DNA of 64,000 nucleotides from Azolla caroliniana (GCA_043228905.1 JBHGNT010000004.1:22878001-22942000), one strand, 5' to 3'; counted from the stretch's first letter, positions 48,292-62,529 are shown. Numbers and translations are program-made. Notes: generated by a model not told the origin, from the letters alone.

Positions 48292-50553
48292 CGAATCTAA
48301 GAGCCACGTGCTCGATTCTTCACTTGTAAGCAAAACTTCTGATTTGACTGAGTTCTCAATTGATAGTATATTCGGGTCGTTTGTCAGTACTTTGGCCAAA
48401 GAACCGATGTAGTTGACCTCCTCGTGTCAGCTACTCTTCTGCTTGGTCGGCTAAGCCTTATCGTTTTTGGCCTTGATTGCACGACAATCGGCTTTGATGT
48501 GTCTGGGTTTCTTGCAGTAGTTGCAGACTCGATTATCTCGGGACTTGCTCCCACTTCGCTGATTATTCATCTGCTGTGAAGAACTTCTTCCATGGCTGTT
48601 CGATTGGTCGGTGGAACCTTGTACTACGTAAGCATTGTTGGCGTTGTTCTGAGCTGCTTCAGTTAGAATTGCACTCATGACTGAGGAGTACTTAACGACA
48701 GTTGTCGACGCATTGCGCACAGTTGTGACGAAAGTTTCCCACAAGGGAGGGAGACTACTCATGAGCAACATTGCTTTTAGTTCATCCTCGATAATTGTTC
48801 TCTGGGCCGAAATTTGGGAGCTTAGGCTTTCGTATTAGTTCAGGTCTGCCTAGACCGAATTGGACTCTTTCATCCAAAGGTTATAAAGGTGTTGAATCAA
48901 GTATATCTTGGTGGTGGCGACCTTCTTTTCGTAAGTGTCCGAAAGTGTCTTCCATAGTTGTAAGGCAGTCAGTCGAACACGATTGCACCATGAAGTACAC
49001 AAATTCCAATAGGTGCATCCGAATGGTGGCTTGGACAATTCTGTCGAGCTTTTCCCATTCAAGTGATTTGTATCCTTCTGGACGGTCTTCATTCTCAATG
49101 GGGTCAATTTGCCCCTTGACTATTAAATAGTCCTACATCTACTTCTTCCAGAAGTTGAAGTTCGATCCTTGGAACTTCCTTAGACTCATTTCTGACGAGT
49201 TGGTTGTTGAAGCCATCTGTGTTGGTATAATAGACTTTGTCCGAAGTTAGCTACGAATTGTGATGGAGTGCAGCAGCTTGGCTCACGGATGTTGTTCTAG
49301 CCGACGTTGGACACAAGTTGTGTTGATTTCAAATATCAATGAATCATGTTCGGAGTGACTACTGTCAACTGACTTAGTCGAGTTGAACCCAGATTTGATG
49401 ATTCGATTTTTCCCAAGTTTCTCAACATGGATTATATGCAATACTTTGGGCCGATCCTATTTCAGTTAACTACAACGATGAGAGGGACAGATTCGACTAG
49501 TCCTCCCGAATCTCGTTCAGTCGAATGAAACACAAATTAGGGTTGCCCCTGGAGTTGTGTTTGCTTTCGGTGACTACGGCGAGTAGGAGAAAAGCGTTAG
49601 ATGACCTATTCGATTTCCGCCTACCCGAGTGAAGCAAAGATTTGGCCTAGTCAAGATAGAAGTCTCCATCCAAGTGGCTACGATCACATAACCAAGAGTG
49701 ACCTAGAATAGTAGAGTGCAGATTTCATCATATATCTCTTTATGTATACAATCTTGTTGTAGGTTGCCGTTCGAGATCAGCTAAGATCTTCGGGATACAC
49801 AAACAAGAGTTGTCGATGGAGACTAGATAGAAGGTGGTAGCGGAATCAGACAGACGACCAAGCTCTGATACCAGATGTTGGAAACACCGCTATCTAATGC
49901 GGAACAAGATCGACACTCTTCTTCTATAAGCTCCTATAAGATCGTTAATAGATACAAAATCATAACATCTATAGTAGCAAAGGTAAAGAATACAACTAGT
50001 ACACCAAAGAGATAGAGACAGTTTGGGCACAATGTAAAGAGTATATTACAACTTATTGCAACAACCACTAACTTGGTTACAAAGTCAGTTTATATACTGA
50101 TTGACTTAGGGCAACTGCCCTTCTCACTATTTACATAAATAGCCTAAGCCTAGTGTGTACAAAAGGGGACGGTGTGAATACGTCCATTAGAAGCCCGTAT
50201 TGAACACCCCCTTCTTCTGAAGGTTCCTCGATGGTTTCCGTCTTGATGCGGAAATTGCGAGATGTTTTCGTAAGTCGGGCCTTGACTACCTCGTCCTTGG
50301 ACGAATCGGCCTCTTCTTGCACAACCACGTCCTCTTCCGCCGTTTGAGTGTGAGTAAAGCATGTGGCCTTCCGAGGCGTTGCTCCTTGTTTGAACATGGT
50401 TTTCTTCGACCAACAACATGGTTTTCTTCTCTCTCGAATACAAGCTATGTAGTCACACTACGATAACAATGGACTAGTTCTTCTCGAACGTCGACGTAGA
50501 ACACAACACACGCGGATGGGTTAGATCGAGCTACCAACCTCGCTCTGATACCA

Positions 50554-51009
50554 TGTAAAGAATCGGATATGAGTCTTGTGTAGCGGAAGAGATGTGTGTT
50601 ATGTGTATGTGTGACAGGAAAGAAAGGAGAGAGGATAAAACACAAGATAGATAGAATGGAAAAAGGAATACTCAAGAAGAAAGTGTATATTCACAAGTAG
50701 AATAGCAAATACAAAATGTAGCATTGCAAGGAGTCACAACCAACTTGATATGAAGTAGGAGAAGGGTGCTTTATATATAGTCACCCTCTCACTTCATTAA
50801 CTAACTACAACAACTACTCTCTATTGGGGAATGTGAAGACTCATAGTCATGGGGAATATGTAACTCATTAGTTATGTGTCATAGAATATGATTCTATGAC
50901 ACATAGTTAATGTGTAGAGAGTAGTGGTGTGACTCTTGACCTTTGAGTAATCATAGATTCTCAAAAGGTGTGTTCACACATTGCACTATGTTGAGCTTGA
51001 TTCTCAACA
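50554..51009 (-). repeat. 5' LTR of A
   Basis: TGTAAAGAATC...GATTCTCAACA, homologous to 6924-7316 and directly next to the PBS. Confidence 0.88.
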
Positions 51010-51445
51010 ACCTTCTTGTGCGGTGAGTGAGGGACGAGATCCCATGTCTCATTCTTGCTGAGAGCTTGCATCTCCGTGTTCATCGCTTCGACCCATCGTG
51101 GATCTTTAGCGGTTTCGGCAAAGCTCTCTGGTTCTCGAACTGTTGCCACCTTCATCATAAAGGCATAGTGGTATTCCATATAGTCATTGTAGCCGAATCG
51201 ACTAACCAGATTCTTCTCTCGGGTGGAGCAACGAAGTTTCTCATTTGCCGATGTGAGTGCTTTCTTAACTCCGGGTGACCTCATAAGAGGCACATGAAAC
51301 TCATTGAACTCACTATCGAGTGAGTGAGTTGATTCGTTGCCGTCGAAGTGATCCTCTTCATATTCCGGCATTTTTTCCTTCCCTTTGCCCATCTTTCGAC
51401 TTGGTCAAGATATGCTTTGGTTGCTTGGAGGCTCTTTTGGTCCGC
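51010..51445 (-). pseudogene. Copia K fragment (INT-RT linker and RT start), host of A and H
   Basis: EPESFAETAKDPRWVEAM...KNETWDLVP, same family as A and C. Confidence 0.85.
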
Positions 51446-52254
51446 TGTCACGAAGATTTTCGGCAACGGTGTGAAAATTGCATGGAACGTACAAAATCGA
51501 GTGTGGCTCTTCACACACAATATGAAACAATAATAATGTAAATAAGTTTAATATCTTGGTACAAAAAGATGGAGATCTTGAAGAGTTTTTGAATGCACTT
51601 TGCTACATAACAAACGGACATCTGAGTGTCAAGTTATGTGGGTATGAAGTTTGCAAAGAAAAAGAGAAAAAAAATAAAAAAATTTGTGAGATATCCCACA
51701 TAGACAGGACAAATAAGGATCTCACCATACATTGATGTAGCCAAGTTCATTGGTTTTGGTCGGCGACGGCATCTGGCATCCAATGACAAACAGTGATGGC
51801 ATCCTGCGACCTTGGGATGTGGACCGAACCGGGCCAAACTGAATAGATGCAAATCGGACAAATCGGTCGGGTCGATTGATCGTGGTGCATGGTGTTTTAA
51901 AGTAGTATTTTGTGCTTGAAAAGGGATGTAAGCAAGACTTGAACCTTGCACCTCCAAGATAGAAGGCAATAGACTTACCATTAGGCTGAAATGTTTTTCC
52001 TATCATTATATTTTTACATGTAAATTCTCATATTAGAGCTTGATTGAGTGACATGTGATGCATGAGCGCCAAATGGCAAACATGCATCACATGCATTCCA
52101 TGCATTGTATGCATGTCTTGTACCCTCGCATGCATCATATGCATGGGAGCATCTATAAAAGGGTGGATGAAAAAAATCAAAGGGAGTGATGTATTAATCA
52201 AGAAATTAAAAGTAAGAAATTCGTTATCCAATTGATGTATCAATCTTGTTCTTC

Positions 52255-52400
52255 AAATCTAAAGTCAAGAGTTCAATCTTAATCTCTCTCAATCTAAACT
52301 CAAGAGTTCAATCTTAATCTCTCTCAATCTAAAGTCAAGAGTTCAATCTTAATCTCTCTAAATCTAAAGTCAAGTGTTCTATCTTATCTCAATCTCTCTC
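52255..52400. repeat. 35 bp tandem repeat (~4 copies) in the H LTR
   Basis: AATCTAAAGTCAAGAGTTCAATCTTAATCTCTCTC units. Confidence 0.88.
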
Positions 52401-54736
52401 TCTTTCAATCTATCTTAATTCCTTTCTCGCTAAAGCTAGTGCAAACTTCGAGTCCTTTTGGTCCAGAACCTCGACAGTTCCGCCTCACGATCCGCGCGTA
52501 GTGACGGATCTTCACGACATAATTAAGTGATGAACCCGACGTGAAAGAGGCGGTAGGAAGGATCAAATCGAGGATCAACCGATACTTGGAGATGGCATCC
52601 TCAAGCAACCAAGCGGGAGAGTACGAAAGGATGATGCTGATCATCGAACAAATGATGAGATCTCGAGACAACGATGCGAGCGTGGAGAAGGTTGTCGACC
52701 GTGTCGTTGAGCTTGAGGGTCAATTCGACGGAAGGAACATTACAAAGTTCCTTGATGCATATAGAAGGGAGATGAATCAGAGGGACGTGTCTGAAGCACG
52801 TCAAATCGCAAGTTTCAAGAGAGTGGTCGCCAACAACGTCCAAAGGCGCGTCGTCGAGCTTCAGGAAGGGAAGACAACATGGTCCGTGTTCGAGAAAGTG
52901 ATACTAGCAGAGCTCACAACGGAAGATTTGTCGAGGATGACTCGACATGCCTTGATGAAGTGGATAGAAAAGAAGAATAAGAGGATGAGCGCTTCGAGGG
53001 TGTATGAAGAGTTCGACCAAATGTTTCGTCGTCTCCCCACCATAGACCAAGTGCTACTTGAGGAGGACAAAACTTTGTACTTCCTAAAGGCTATGGATAT
53101 AAAGGATAGATGAGAACTGGGTACTCTCCTCGAAGATGATACCCAAGCGAAAGGGCTTGTGGCGGACTGGGTCATGGTGAAGCGAGCATGCAATAGGCTC
53201 GACAAGCGTCGTTAGTGGGTTGATGACACCGACTTGGCCGGATCGACTGTCGCGGAGAAAACAAGACAACCGAAAGTAGCTGAGCCGCCCAAACAAAGCA
53301 GCCCGGAAGAAAAGAAGATTGATGACGACATCATTGAAGAGCTAGCGAAGAAGTTCGAGATGGTCACGCTAGCCAACATGAATCGTCGGGGCCCCAAAGG
53401 AAAAGAACCCTTTAGATGCGTGTGGTGCTATAGGATGGACCACATGACAAGGGATTGCGCGAGCCTTCGAGAGGCGATCTGACAAAATATCGTATACATG
53501 GATGACAACATGATCTGCTCGATTGGAACTCAAAGACCCTTGCGGGTGAATTTTGGAAGAGGGGGAATGAAGAAATCTATGGAAGATGCTGAGTGAGGCG
53601 ACTCATGTGGATGCAATGCACTATGCTGCAACGGCTAGAATTAGAGTCGGAAAAGATAAAAATGAAGCTGCTAGAACAGGAACAACGTTTTGGTCTACCA
53701 TTTTCGAGTATGAGAAGAAGGGAAAAGTCACTTTCAACGAGGTCGAGCTTGCAGATCGAAGTGTACAAAGTATAACCGGATGGTCGGATTCGGTAGATGA
53801 CAACACCATACTCGCGGAAGTGATGTGTGACAACCACGAGGTGTTCGTGGATGAAAAGAGAAAAAGAATGGAAGGGCAAGATAGCCCATCAAAAAGACAT
53901 GAAACAAGGAGCACGAAGAAGAAAGAAGATGTAGACGCAACTTGAGCTTTACAAACAGAGGATGGAGACTCAACCCAGAAAGAAGAGTCAAGCAAACGAG
54001 TCAAAGAAACGGTTCGACCCGTGAAGGTTGGTGTTGAAGACATAGAGCAGACGACAGACCTGAAGAAGATTCTCGAGGAAAGCATTCTTGATAGCCACGT
54101 CACTTTGTCATTGAGGGAATTACTCAGCATTACGAAGGAGTTCCATGACACGATCGTGGACCTTCTAAAGAGAAAACGGCAACAATCAGACGAGGAAGAA
54201 GAGAAGCCACAGAAAGCAAAAAGAAATGCCATAATGATGGCAAGGGACAAAGTCGATGAAGATATGGTGGACAACCACTATACTCGACCTCATTGGGGAC
54301 AAGCGACAATAGAGGCGCCGATGAAGATCGGGAAGAAGAAATAGATTGTGGTAGCCTTGATCGACTATGGCTCCGAAATCAAGCTTATGTTGACTAAAGT
54401 CTATAGGAAGGGACGATGGCCTATAAATACGAATCATGGGTGGAAGATCCGTGCTGCTACGAAAGCTACCGAAGACTTGTATGGGGCATGTCCTAACATC
54501 CCCATTACGATTGGCGATGTCGAGATAGATCAACATTTTTTTGTTCAAAACTCAGTGTCCCATCCCATCATTCTTGGGCAACCATACATAACATCATCAC
54601 AGATGGAAACCAAAGTGTTCGACAATGGTGCAGCATTTGCTCGAGTAAGGAGTCTTGATGGGAAGAAGGCCGTACAATTCTTCATTGTACGTGCCAACCA
54701 TGAAAGGAATCGAGATTGTATCGGAGAAGATGCTTC

Positions 54737-54800
54737 GGATTTTTAGAGCGGACTATTGAAGCATGGGGCACAAATAGTTCGAGCAATCACAAGTCCCCAC
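54737..54800 (+). promoter_or_regulatory. Predicted -1 frameshift signal (H)
   Basis: GGATTTT, 5 nt spacer, stem CGGACTATT/AATAGTTCG, second stem TGGGG/CCCCA; the -1 frame reads GFLERTIEAWG. Confidence 0.8.
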
Positions 54801-54961
54801 AAGAAAATAGAGCGTGTGGATTGCGAGGAGAAGCAACATGTGTCACACCTAGTGGCGCATGTAAATTAATACTACCCGACAAGAAGGACAAGACTCGGAT
54901 ACAAGACTTCGAGAAGATGTTGAAAGAAGAAAACATAATAGGGTTGAAGCACGCTACGGTG

Positions 54962-56345
54962 TACCAAAAAAGGTATTGTTTTTGGCCAAAGAAAACACTA
55001 GTACTATTAGTACTATTAGTATTGAGTGATTTTTAAAAAATCGAAAATAATTAAAATCTTTTTAGGGAGTGGTGTGCGTTGCATTAAAGTCAGGGAATGG
55101 GTGGGGGGACAATTGTTGCATATTCAGGACATTTTTGGGTCTATTTCCCCCTCACGTTTAATTTCGGACGCCACATTAAATCCTTTTGGCGCTTCTCCTC
55201 TTCCGCTTTCCAACTGAGACAACGCAGGTCTTCACATCGCACTCTGGTCTTCCGCCTTCCAACTCAGGTCTTCACAGCGCTGTCTGGTCTTCCTCCTTCC
55301 AACTCAGGTCTTCACAGTGCACTCAAAACCCAATTTGTTGTTCTCTGTGTCACTCGTCTTCCCCATCTTCTCCTTCCATCGGTATGTCTTCTCCATCTTC
55401 TCTTTCACTCAGTATGTCTACGCCTATTTCTATAAATTGGTTATTTCTATACAGTACTGTTAATTGAATGTATACTCTAGCAATCTTAAATTGGCACGTA
55501 TGAAGATTAATGTTGAATAGGAATCTTAAAATAATGTAAACATGACATGATAACATGAATCTGAAATATTTACACCAGCCAAGTGGTTAGAACTTGCATA
55601 TTTGGAGTTTGTAATGTTCTGACCAATGGTTTCAACCAAGTGCTTCTGGTCATTTTACTGATGATTGTGGATGTTTTAATGATATAATGGATTAGCAACA
55701 TCCAAGCTGGGCTTGTAAAATGACCAACCAAGAGCAGCAAAATATACAGTTTGCGTTGACATAAGTTATTCATCATGGAAAACGCTAAACATAAATTGTT
55801 TTTGTATGTTTTGGCAATCTTCAGGGGAGTCTTAAATTGATCCATGTTAAGGTTTTATATGGGTTGAAACATTTAACATGAATACCAATCTGTTAATAAG
55901 GCTTGATAAACGGTTTGAAGAATCAGCGGATTTGAATTTCATTGATGGGGGCATTTTTGATGGAAAAAGCAACTGAATAGTGTTTGTGTTATGAACTCAT
56001 GCATAACATGAGTTATGTTATACTTATCTTAGTCTTAAACTCTAGTTAAGGAGACTTCATGATGTAAATAGTATGCATGCATCTCATCATCTTGTGATTC
56101 ATAAAACTTATGTATTTCAAACAACAAGTTAATTGATGCAATTATTTCTTAAAAGTTAATTGTTTTGGAAAAGGAATATATGACTGTGGCAAACTCTCAA
56201 ATGTTTATCCGATTTCCGGTTGATGTTTATGCTATGGGGAATTAACTATGTTTATTTTATGATGTATTAAGCACTTATTCTGATTAATTAGGTGTTGAAA
56301 TAACAAGAAATTAGGTGCTGGAATATATGAGAGTGACAATGGTCG
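54962..56345. other. Unclassified AT-rich segment, possibly a DNA-transposon or Helitron fragment, with ~3 imperfect CCAACTCAGGTCTTCAC repeats at 55200-55325
   Basis: No retroelement homology visible; abrupt boundaries. Confidence 0.4.
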
Positions 56346-56349
56346 TCGA

Positions 56350-58040
56350 TGAGGAGAGCGAGGTGTAAGTATATAAGGCTTCTGACTATCTGTCGGAACC
56401 TCGTCGGGTCGCATACCTTTCCGGAAACGGGGCGAAGCTTGACGGTTTTATCCAGAGGAGTCGAGACGGACTTACATTCAGTCATCCCGAATTTGAAGAG
56501 CATATTCAGTGCATAATGACGTTGGCTGATCAATATGCCTTCAGAGGTGCAAATCACTTCGATCCCGAGGAAGTAAGGAAGGTCCCCCAGATCCTTCATT
56601 TCGAATGATGCCACAAGCTAGAGCTTCAAGCGGTCAATCTCACCTAGGTCGGCGCCGGTGATGACCAACTCATCAACATAAAGTAAATGCTAACCAGCCC
56701 GAGTCGACCTTTCTGGATGAACAATGAGGAGTCTGATTTCGACGTCACAAAACCCATCCGACGCAGTTGTTGCGTGATCTTCGCGTTCCAGGCACGTGGG
56801 GCTTGCTTTAGTCCATAAAGGGACTTCTTCCATCGGCACACCGCCGAAGTGTTCGTTCTGGAGAGTGAAATCCGTGGGGTTGTACCATGTACACTTGTTC
56901 GTCAAGGTCACCTTGCAAGAACGCATTCTTTACATCCATCTGATGTAAGTGCCACGCCTTTGTCGAAGCTACCGCAAGCAAAACACGGACAGTCATCATC
57001 TTCGCGACAGGTGCAAACGTCTCATCGTAGTCGATGCCGTGTTGCTGCGCGTAACCTTTTGCTACTAACCGAGCCTTGTATCAGTTGACCGAGCCATAAG
57101 TGTTGTACTTGACCTTGTACACCCACCTACATCCGATCGGCTTCACACCTTTCAGTGTGTCAACCAGGTCCCAAGTCTCATTTTCTGCCAATGCGCGCAT
57201 CTCTTCCTCCATTGCGGCATGCCAATTTGCGTCCTTCGCCGCTTCTACGTAGCTCTCCGACTCACGCACTTCCCCTACATGCGTCATGTTCGCATAGTGA
57301 TGCGCCATGTACTCGTTGTATCCGAACTGCACAACAGGGTTCTTCTGGCGGGTAGATCGGCGTAACTGCTCATTAGCCGATGTTGAGGCTTTCTTGGTCG
57401 ACGTTGGACTTCGCTCTCAAAGGCCCGTCATCGCTCTTCTCGGAGTCGGATTCGCGTCGATCCGACTCGCCCTTATCGGTGCCATACCCCGGCATCTTCT
57501 TCTTCCCATTTTCCTTACGCGTAAACCGTCTCCTCGGCTTCCTGCGCGAGGAATGAACGGCCGAGTCTCCGCTACTCGTCGGCTCTTCTTCAGACTGGTA
57601 AAACCGACTCAGTCATCCAGTCGGTCCACTTAACCAAAACGAGATTGGACTCTCTTCAAGGGTCCTGATTTCACCCTCATTCAGAGGCACTTCAGCCTCG
57701 CTGACCTCATCGTCAAAACTCGGATTGGAGGTGAGGTCCGGAGTCGGAGGCAAGTACCAAGACGCGGACTTATCAAACACAACATCACGGCTCACGCGCA
57801 CTTGTTTGGTGCGAGGGTTATAACACTTATAACCCTTCTGCTCATCTGAATAGCCGACCAAGATACACTTCTTGGCTTTAGCGTCCAGCTTCCTCCGCGT
57901 CTCCTTTAGTACATGCACATACGCAATGCTACTAAAAAATCTCAAGTGTCGTAGATTCGGTTTCCTTCCGAAATACAGCTCATGCTCCAACACTTTGTCT
58001 CCGATTCGATTCTGGATGTACACCGCGGTTCGTACTGCGT
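56350..58040 (-). pseudogene. Copia L fragment (integrase end and RT)
   Basis: [42 protein letters not shown]. Confidence 0.88.
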
Positions 58041-60975
58041 CGGGGTCCAAAAGTCGGTATCCGATCTCGCCGTTGGGTCCATATCCAAGAAAAACCTATT
58101 TCCTTGATCTTGGTTCGAGTTTCTGACGGTCGTCTTTCGGTATGAGGGCATACGCTTCGCAGCCGAAGATCCTCAACTTCTCATAATTCAGCTTACTGTT
58201 GGTCCATGTTTCCTGAGGTATTTTAAGTCCTAGAGGTCTACTTGGCAACATATTTATTATGTGTATTGCCATAAGTAGGGCCCCCGCCCAGAAGCCATCC
58301 GACAGTCCGGAGTGTTGGAGCATGGATACTATGCATTCTTGAATCGTCTGATTCATGCATTCAGCAATTTTGTTCTGCTCTGGACTATAGGGTGTCGTAT
58401 ATTCACATCGAATGTCGCGTTCCCGGCAAAATTTGACAAATTCGTCAGACTTGAATTCTCCTCCATTATCGGTTCGGAGACATTTTAATTTCCGACGGAT
58501 CTGGTTTTCGACCATTGCAAGCCATTCGGAGAAGATCGAGAACACCCGATCTTTGGTCTTAATGGGATAAGCCCACACCTTCCGAGTCGAGTCGTCAATA
58601 AAACTGACGAGGTAGGAAGCACCGCCGAGAGACTAATGTGGCATCGGGCCACAGACGTCTAAGTGGACCAAATCGAGGGGACTCGATTCTCTTAGTGCTG
58701 ATGTCGGGTGTGATGCGGCTACCTGTTTGCTGTACTAGCAATGCTTGCAGAATTGGTGGTCCCAGAAGGAGAGCTTGGGGATGTAACCGGCTCTAGACAG
58801 GTGTGTTATGCCGGCCTTGCTGAGGTGTCCAAGTCGTCCATGCCATAACGATGACACGGGGATATCAACCAAAAATAAGTCACCCTCTTTGAGTGTGACA
58901 TATAAAGGGTACAAAGAGTGTACCTTTGGTCCTCGAGCAAGCAGGAGGTTCCCTTTGTGGAGTGTCCACCCCCCTGATGAGAACCCGGGACGGATGCCGG
59001 CTTCGTCAAGTTGTCCGACTGAGATCAAGGGTCTTGAAAGCTCAGGAACGTGTCAGACGTTGTGTAGTACGAGTGTAGAGCCACCCGGAAGGTTGAGCTC
59101 TACAGTGCCGATTCTGATTATGGCACAATGTTGTGAGTTCCCGACTCGAACTGAGTCGGAGTGCCGGTCCGAGTATTGCTGAAACTGAGATCGGTAAGGT
59201 GTCACATGATATGATGCGCCCGAGTCCAAGAGCCATGTGCTCGATTCCTCAGTCGTAAGCAGAACTTCTGATTCGACTGGGTTCTCTATGGACAGTATGT
59301 TCGGGTCGGTCGTCAAAATTTCGGTTGAAGAGACGACGTAGTTGACCTCCTCATGTCGGCTACTATTCTAATCCGTTCTCTGAGCTTTGTCGGTTTTTGC
59401 TTTGAGTGCCCGACAGTCAGCTTTGATGTGTCCCAGTTTCTTGCAGTAGTTGCAGATTCGGTTGTCTCGGGACTTGCTTCAGCTTTGCTGATTGTTCGGC
59501 GGTCGGGAAGAACTTCTTCTGCGGTTGTTCGATCAGTTGGTCGAGCCTTGTACTACGTAAGCTTCATCTGCCGAGTCTTTAGCGAAAGACTTTCTCCGAG
59601 TTGCTTCAGTTAGGATTGCGCTCGTGATTTCGGAGTACTTAATGGCAGTTGTTGAAGCATTGCACATGGTTGTGACGAAAGTTTCCCAAGAAGAGGGGAG
59701 ACTACTCATGAGTATCATTGCTCTAAGTTCATCCTCTATTGTCATCCCCTAAGACGATATTTGGGAGCTTAGGCTTTCATACTCGTTGAGGTGTGCCTGA
59801 ATCGAATCAAATTCTTTCATCCGCAAGTTGTAGAAGCGCCGGATTAGATACATCTTCATTGCGGCGACCTTCTTTTCATAAGTTTCCGACAGTGTTTTCC
59901 AAAGTTCAAAAGTTGTCGAGCATGATTGCACTGTGAAGTACACTGACTCCGACAAGGCATCCGAATCGTGGCACGGACGATTCTGTCCAGCTTTAGCCAC
60001 TCATTTGCCTTGTATGCTTTTGGAGGATTTTCATTATCAATAGGGTCTATCTGACCCTTGAATATGAGATAGTCCTACATTTGTTCCTTCCAGAAGTTGA
60101 AGTTCGAACCGTCGAACCTCCTTAGACTGATCTCCGATGAGTTGGATGTTGATGCCATCTGATTTGGTTTCGGTTGGTGAGACTCTGTTCGGAGTTGACT
60201 AGGAACCTTAGTGGGGTGCAGTCGGTCGGCTCACTCGATATCGTTCTAGTCAGTCTTGGACCCGAGTCGGTTTGGTTTCGGATACTTGTTTGTTGAACCT
60301 TCTTGGAGTGACTCCGGTTAGCTTCCGATTGTATGCCGAATACTGATCACAAGAAACCGATTGTTGAGGCCGATTCTGCTTCAGATGACAGCAACGATGA
60401 GAGGGACGGATCCAACTGATCCTCCCGAATGTCGATCAGCCGAATGAAGCATGAATTTGGTTGTTGCCTGAAGACCAATCTCAAGTGGTTATAATCACAG
60501 GAACAGAGTACAGCCGGCTAGCTTACTCCAATTAGTGATTTAACAAAGTGAGATGCAGACTTCTTGTTTGTCTTCTCTCTTCTCTGTTCTTCAAGAGAAA
60601 CAGAAACAGAATGTTGTGTGGTGTACTATGACGGCAGCAGCAGGTTGAAGAACCTCCAACACTCTGATACCAAATGTTGGGGACAAGGTCGTCAGTGCGG
60701 AAGAACAAACAACATCTGTGATGTTGAAGGACTTGTGTATGAGAATGAGCAAGATACAGAGAGAGACAGAGAGAGGTACAAAGAAACGTTTTATTTCTTA
60801 ATAGCAACAGTTACAAAAATGACAACCAACCCACCTTTTTACTAAGGTTATAAAGTCACTTTATATAGTGACTATCCTAGGGCAACTACCCTTTATGCTA
60901 TTTACAGAAATAGCCCAAACTTGGGTTGTCCAAAGGGACAATGTGAATACGGCCATTATACACTCGTATTCGACA
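58041..60975 (-). mobile_element. 5' half of copia M (J family): LTR, PBS, gag, PR, INT
   Basis: LTR at 60675-60975, PBS at 60662-60672, WLLDSGAS, LWHGRLGH, TDNGGEF; homologous to J segments. Confidence 0.88.
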
Positions 60976-62081
60976 GTACATACATGTATATGCATATATG
61001 TAATGTATGTATGTATGTATATGTATATGTATATAATGTACATATGTAATGTATGTATGAATGAATATATATATTGTGGTGTGCATGTGCACAATATGTA
61101 TACATACATACGTGTATATGCAATATGTAGTGTATGTATGTATATGTATATAATGTACATATGTAATGTATGTATCAATGAATATATGTATTGTGGTGTG
61201 CATGTGCACAATATGTATGCATACATATGTGTATATATCTAATATGTAATATGTAATGTATGTATGAATGTGTATGTACATGTGTAATGTATATGTACAT
61301 GTGTAATGTATGAATGTAGAATGCTATATATGTAATATGTAATGTATGTATGTGGATGTTTGTTTGTAATATGTGCGTAATATGTATGTATATATGTACA
61401 TATTCTAGTTTGTATGACCCCATGTGACCTACAATTATGTTGATATGTGGAATATGTATGTATGTGTATGAGTGTATGTTTGTAAAATTTATACACATAT
61501 CATTGTAACCATAAATACGTATATATGTGTAGCAATGTATAAATGAATATATGCATGTCCATGTATGAATGTACATATGTGTATGAATATGTAATGTATG
61601 TATATTTGTATGTGAATGCATATGTGCATATGTGTGTGTGTGTGTGGATGTTTGTTTGTAATAGGTACGTATGTGTATGTGTAATATATATATACACACA
61701 TATGTGTGTGTATATCTAATATATGTATGTATGTGTATGTATGTATATGTATGTATAAAAGACTATATGTATATCCATGTACGAATGTACATATGTGTAT
61801 GTGTATATGCATATGTCATGTATGTATGTATGTGTATGCATATATGGATAGTATGTATGTATGTATGTATGTATGTATGTATGTATGTATGTATGTATGT
61901 ATGTATGTATGTATGTATGTATGTATGTATGTATGTATGTATGTATGTATGTATGTATGTATGTATGTATGTATGTATGTATCTATGTATGTATGTATGT
62001 ATCTATGTATCTATGTATCTATGTATCTATGTATCTATGTATCTATGTATGTATCTATGTATGTATCTATGTATGCATGTA

Positions 62082-62112
<31 letters not shown>

Positions 62113-62468
62113 GTGTGTGTGTGTATGTGTATATGTGTGTATGTGTGTATGTGTGTATGTGTATGGATGCATGTATGTATGTGTATGCATATATCCATAT
62201 GACAATGTACATGATTCAATGTGTATGGATGTGTGATTGTAATATGTGCATAATATTTATGTACATATATATATCTAATGTATGTATATGTAGTAATGTA
62301 TAAATGAATATAGGTATGTCCATGTATGAATGTACATATGTGTATGCATATGTAATGTATGTATGTATATGCATATATGCATATGTCAATGTACATGATT
62401 CAATGTATATGAATGTGTGATTGTAATATATGCATATGCAATGTATGTATGTTCATGCATGAATGTAC

Positions 62469-62529
<61 letters not shown>

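Larger units (their letters stand above)
15768..50206 (-). mobile_element. Ty1/copia element J, expanded from ~5 kb to 34 kb by nested insertions
   Basis: LTRs at 15768-16097 and 49876-50206, TSD CCCCC, PBS at 49862-49873. Coding remnants at 16400-17094, 24008-24760, 29351-30225, 42577-42974 and 48297-49220. Confidence 0.92.
1..51009 (-). mobile_element. Ty1/copia element A, fragmented host of the nest (own sequence at 1-432, 5854-6017, ~13830-14765, ~15375-15767, 50212-51009); 3' end lies left of the window
   Basis: 1-300 encodes KNKTWDLVP...AKGYAQTHGVNYEETFAP on the minus strand. Sequence is collinear across the B and J insertions when compared with relative C. Integrase at 13830-14760, protease motif WFVDSG at ~15510, Met PBS at 50541-50553, LTR at 50554-51009. 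Confidence 0.85.
51446..54960 (+). mobile_element. 3'-truncated Ty3/gypsy element H (5' LTR, gag-pro, start of pol)
   Basis: LTR at 51446-52519 (TGTCACGAAGA...TCTTCACGACA), Trp PBS at 52528-52545, CVWC..DH...DC knuckle, ALIDYGSEI, ends ...SDF*. Confidence 0.88.
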
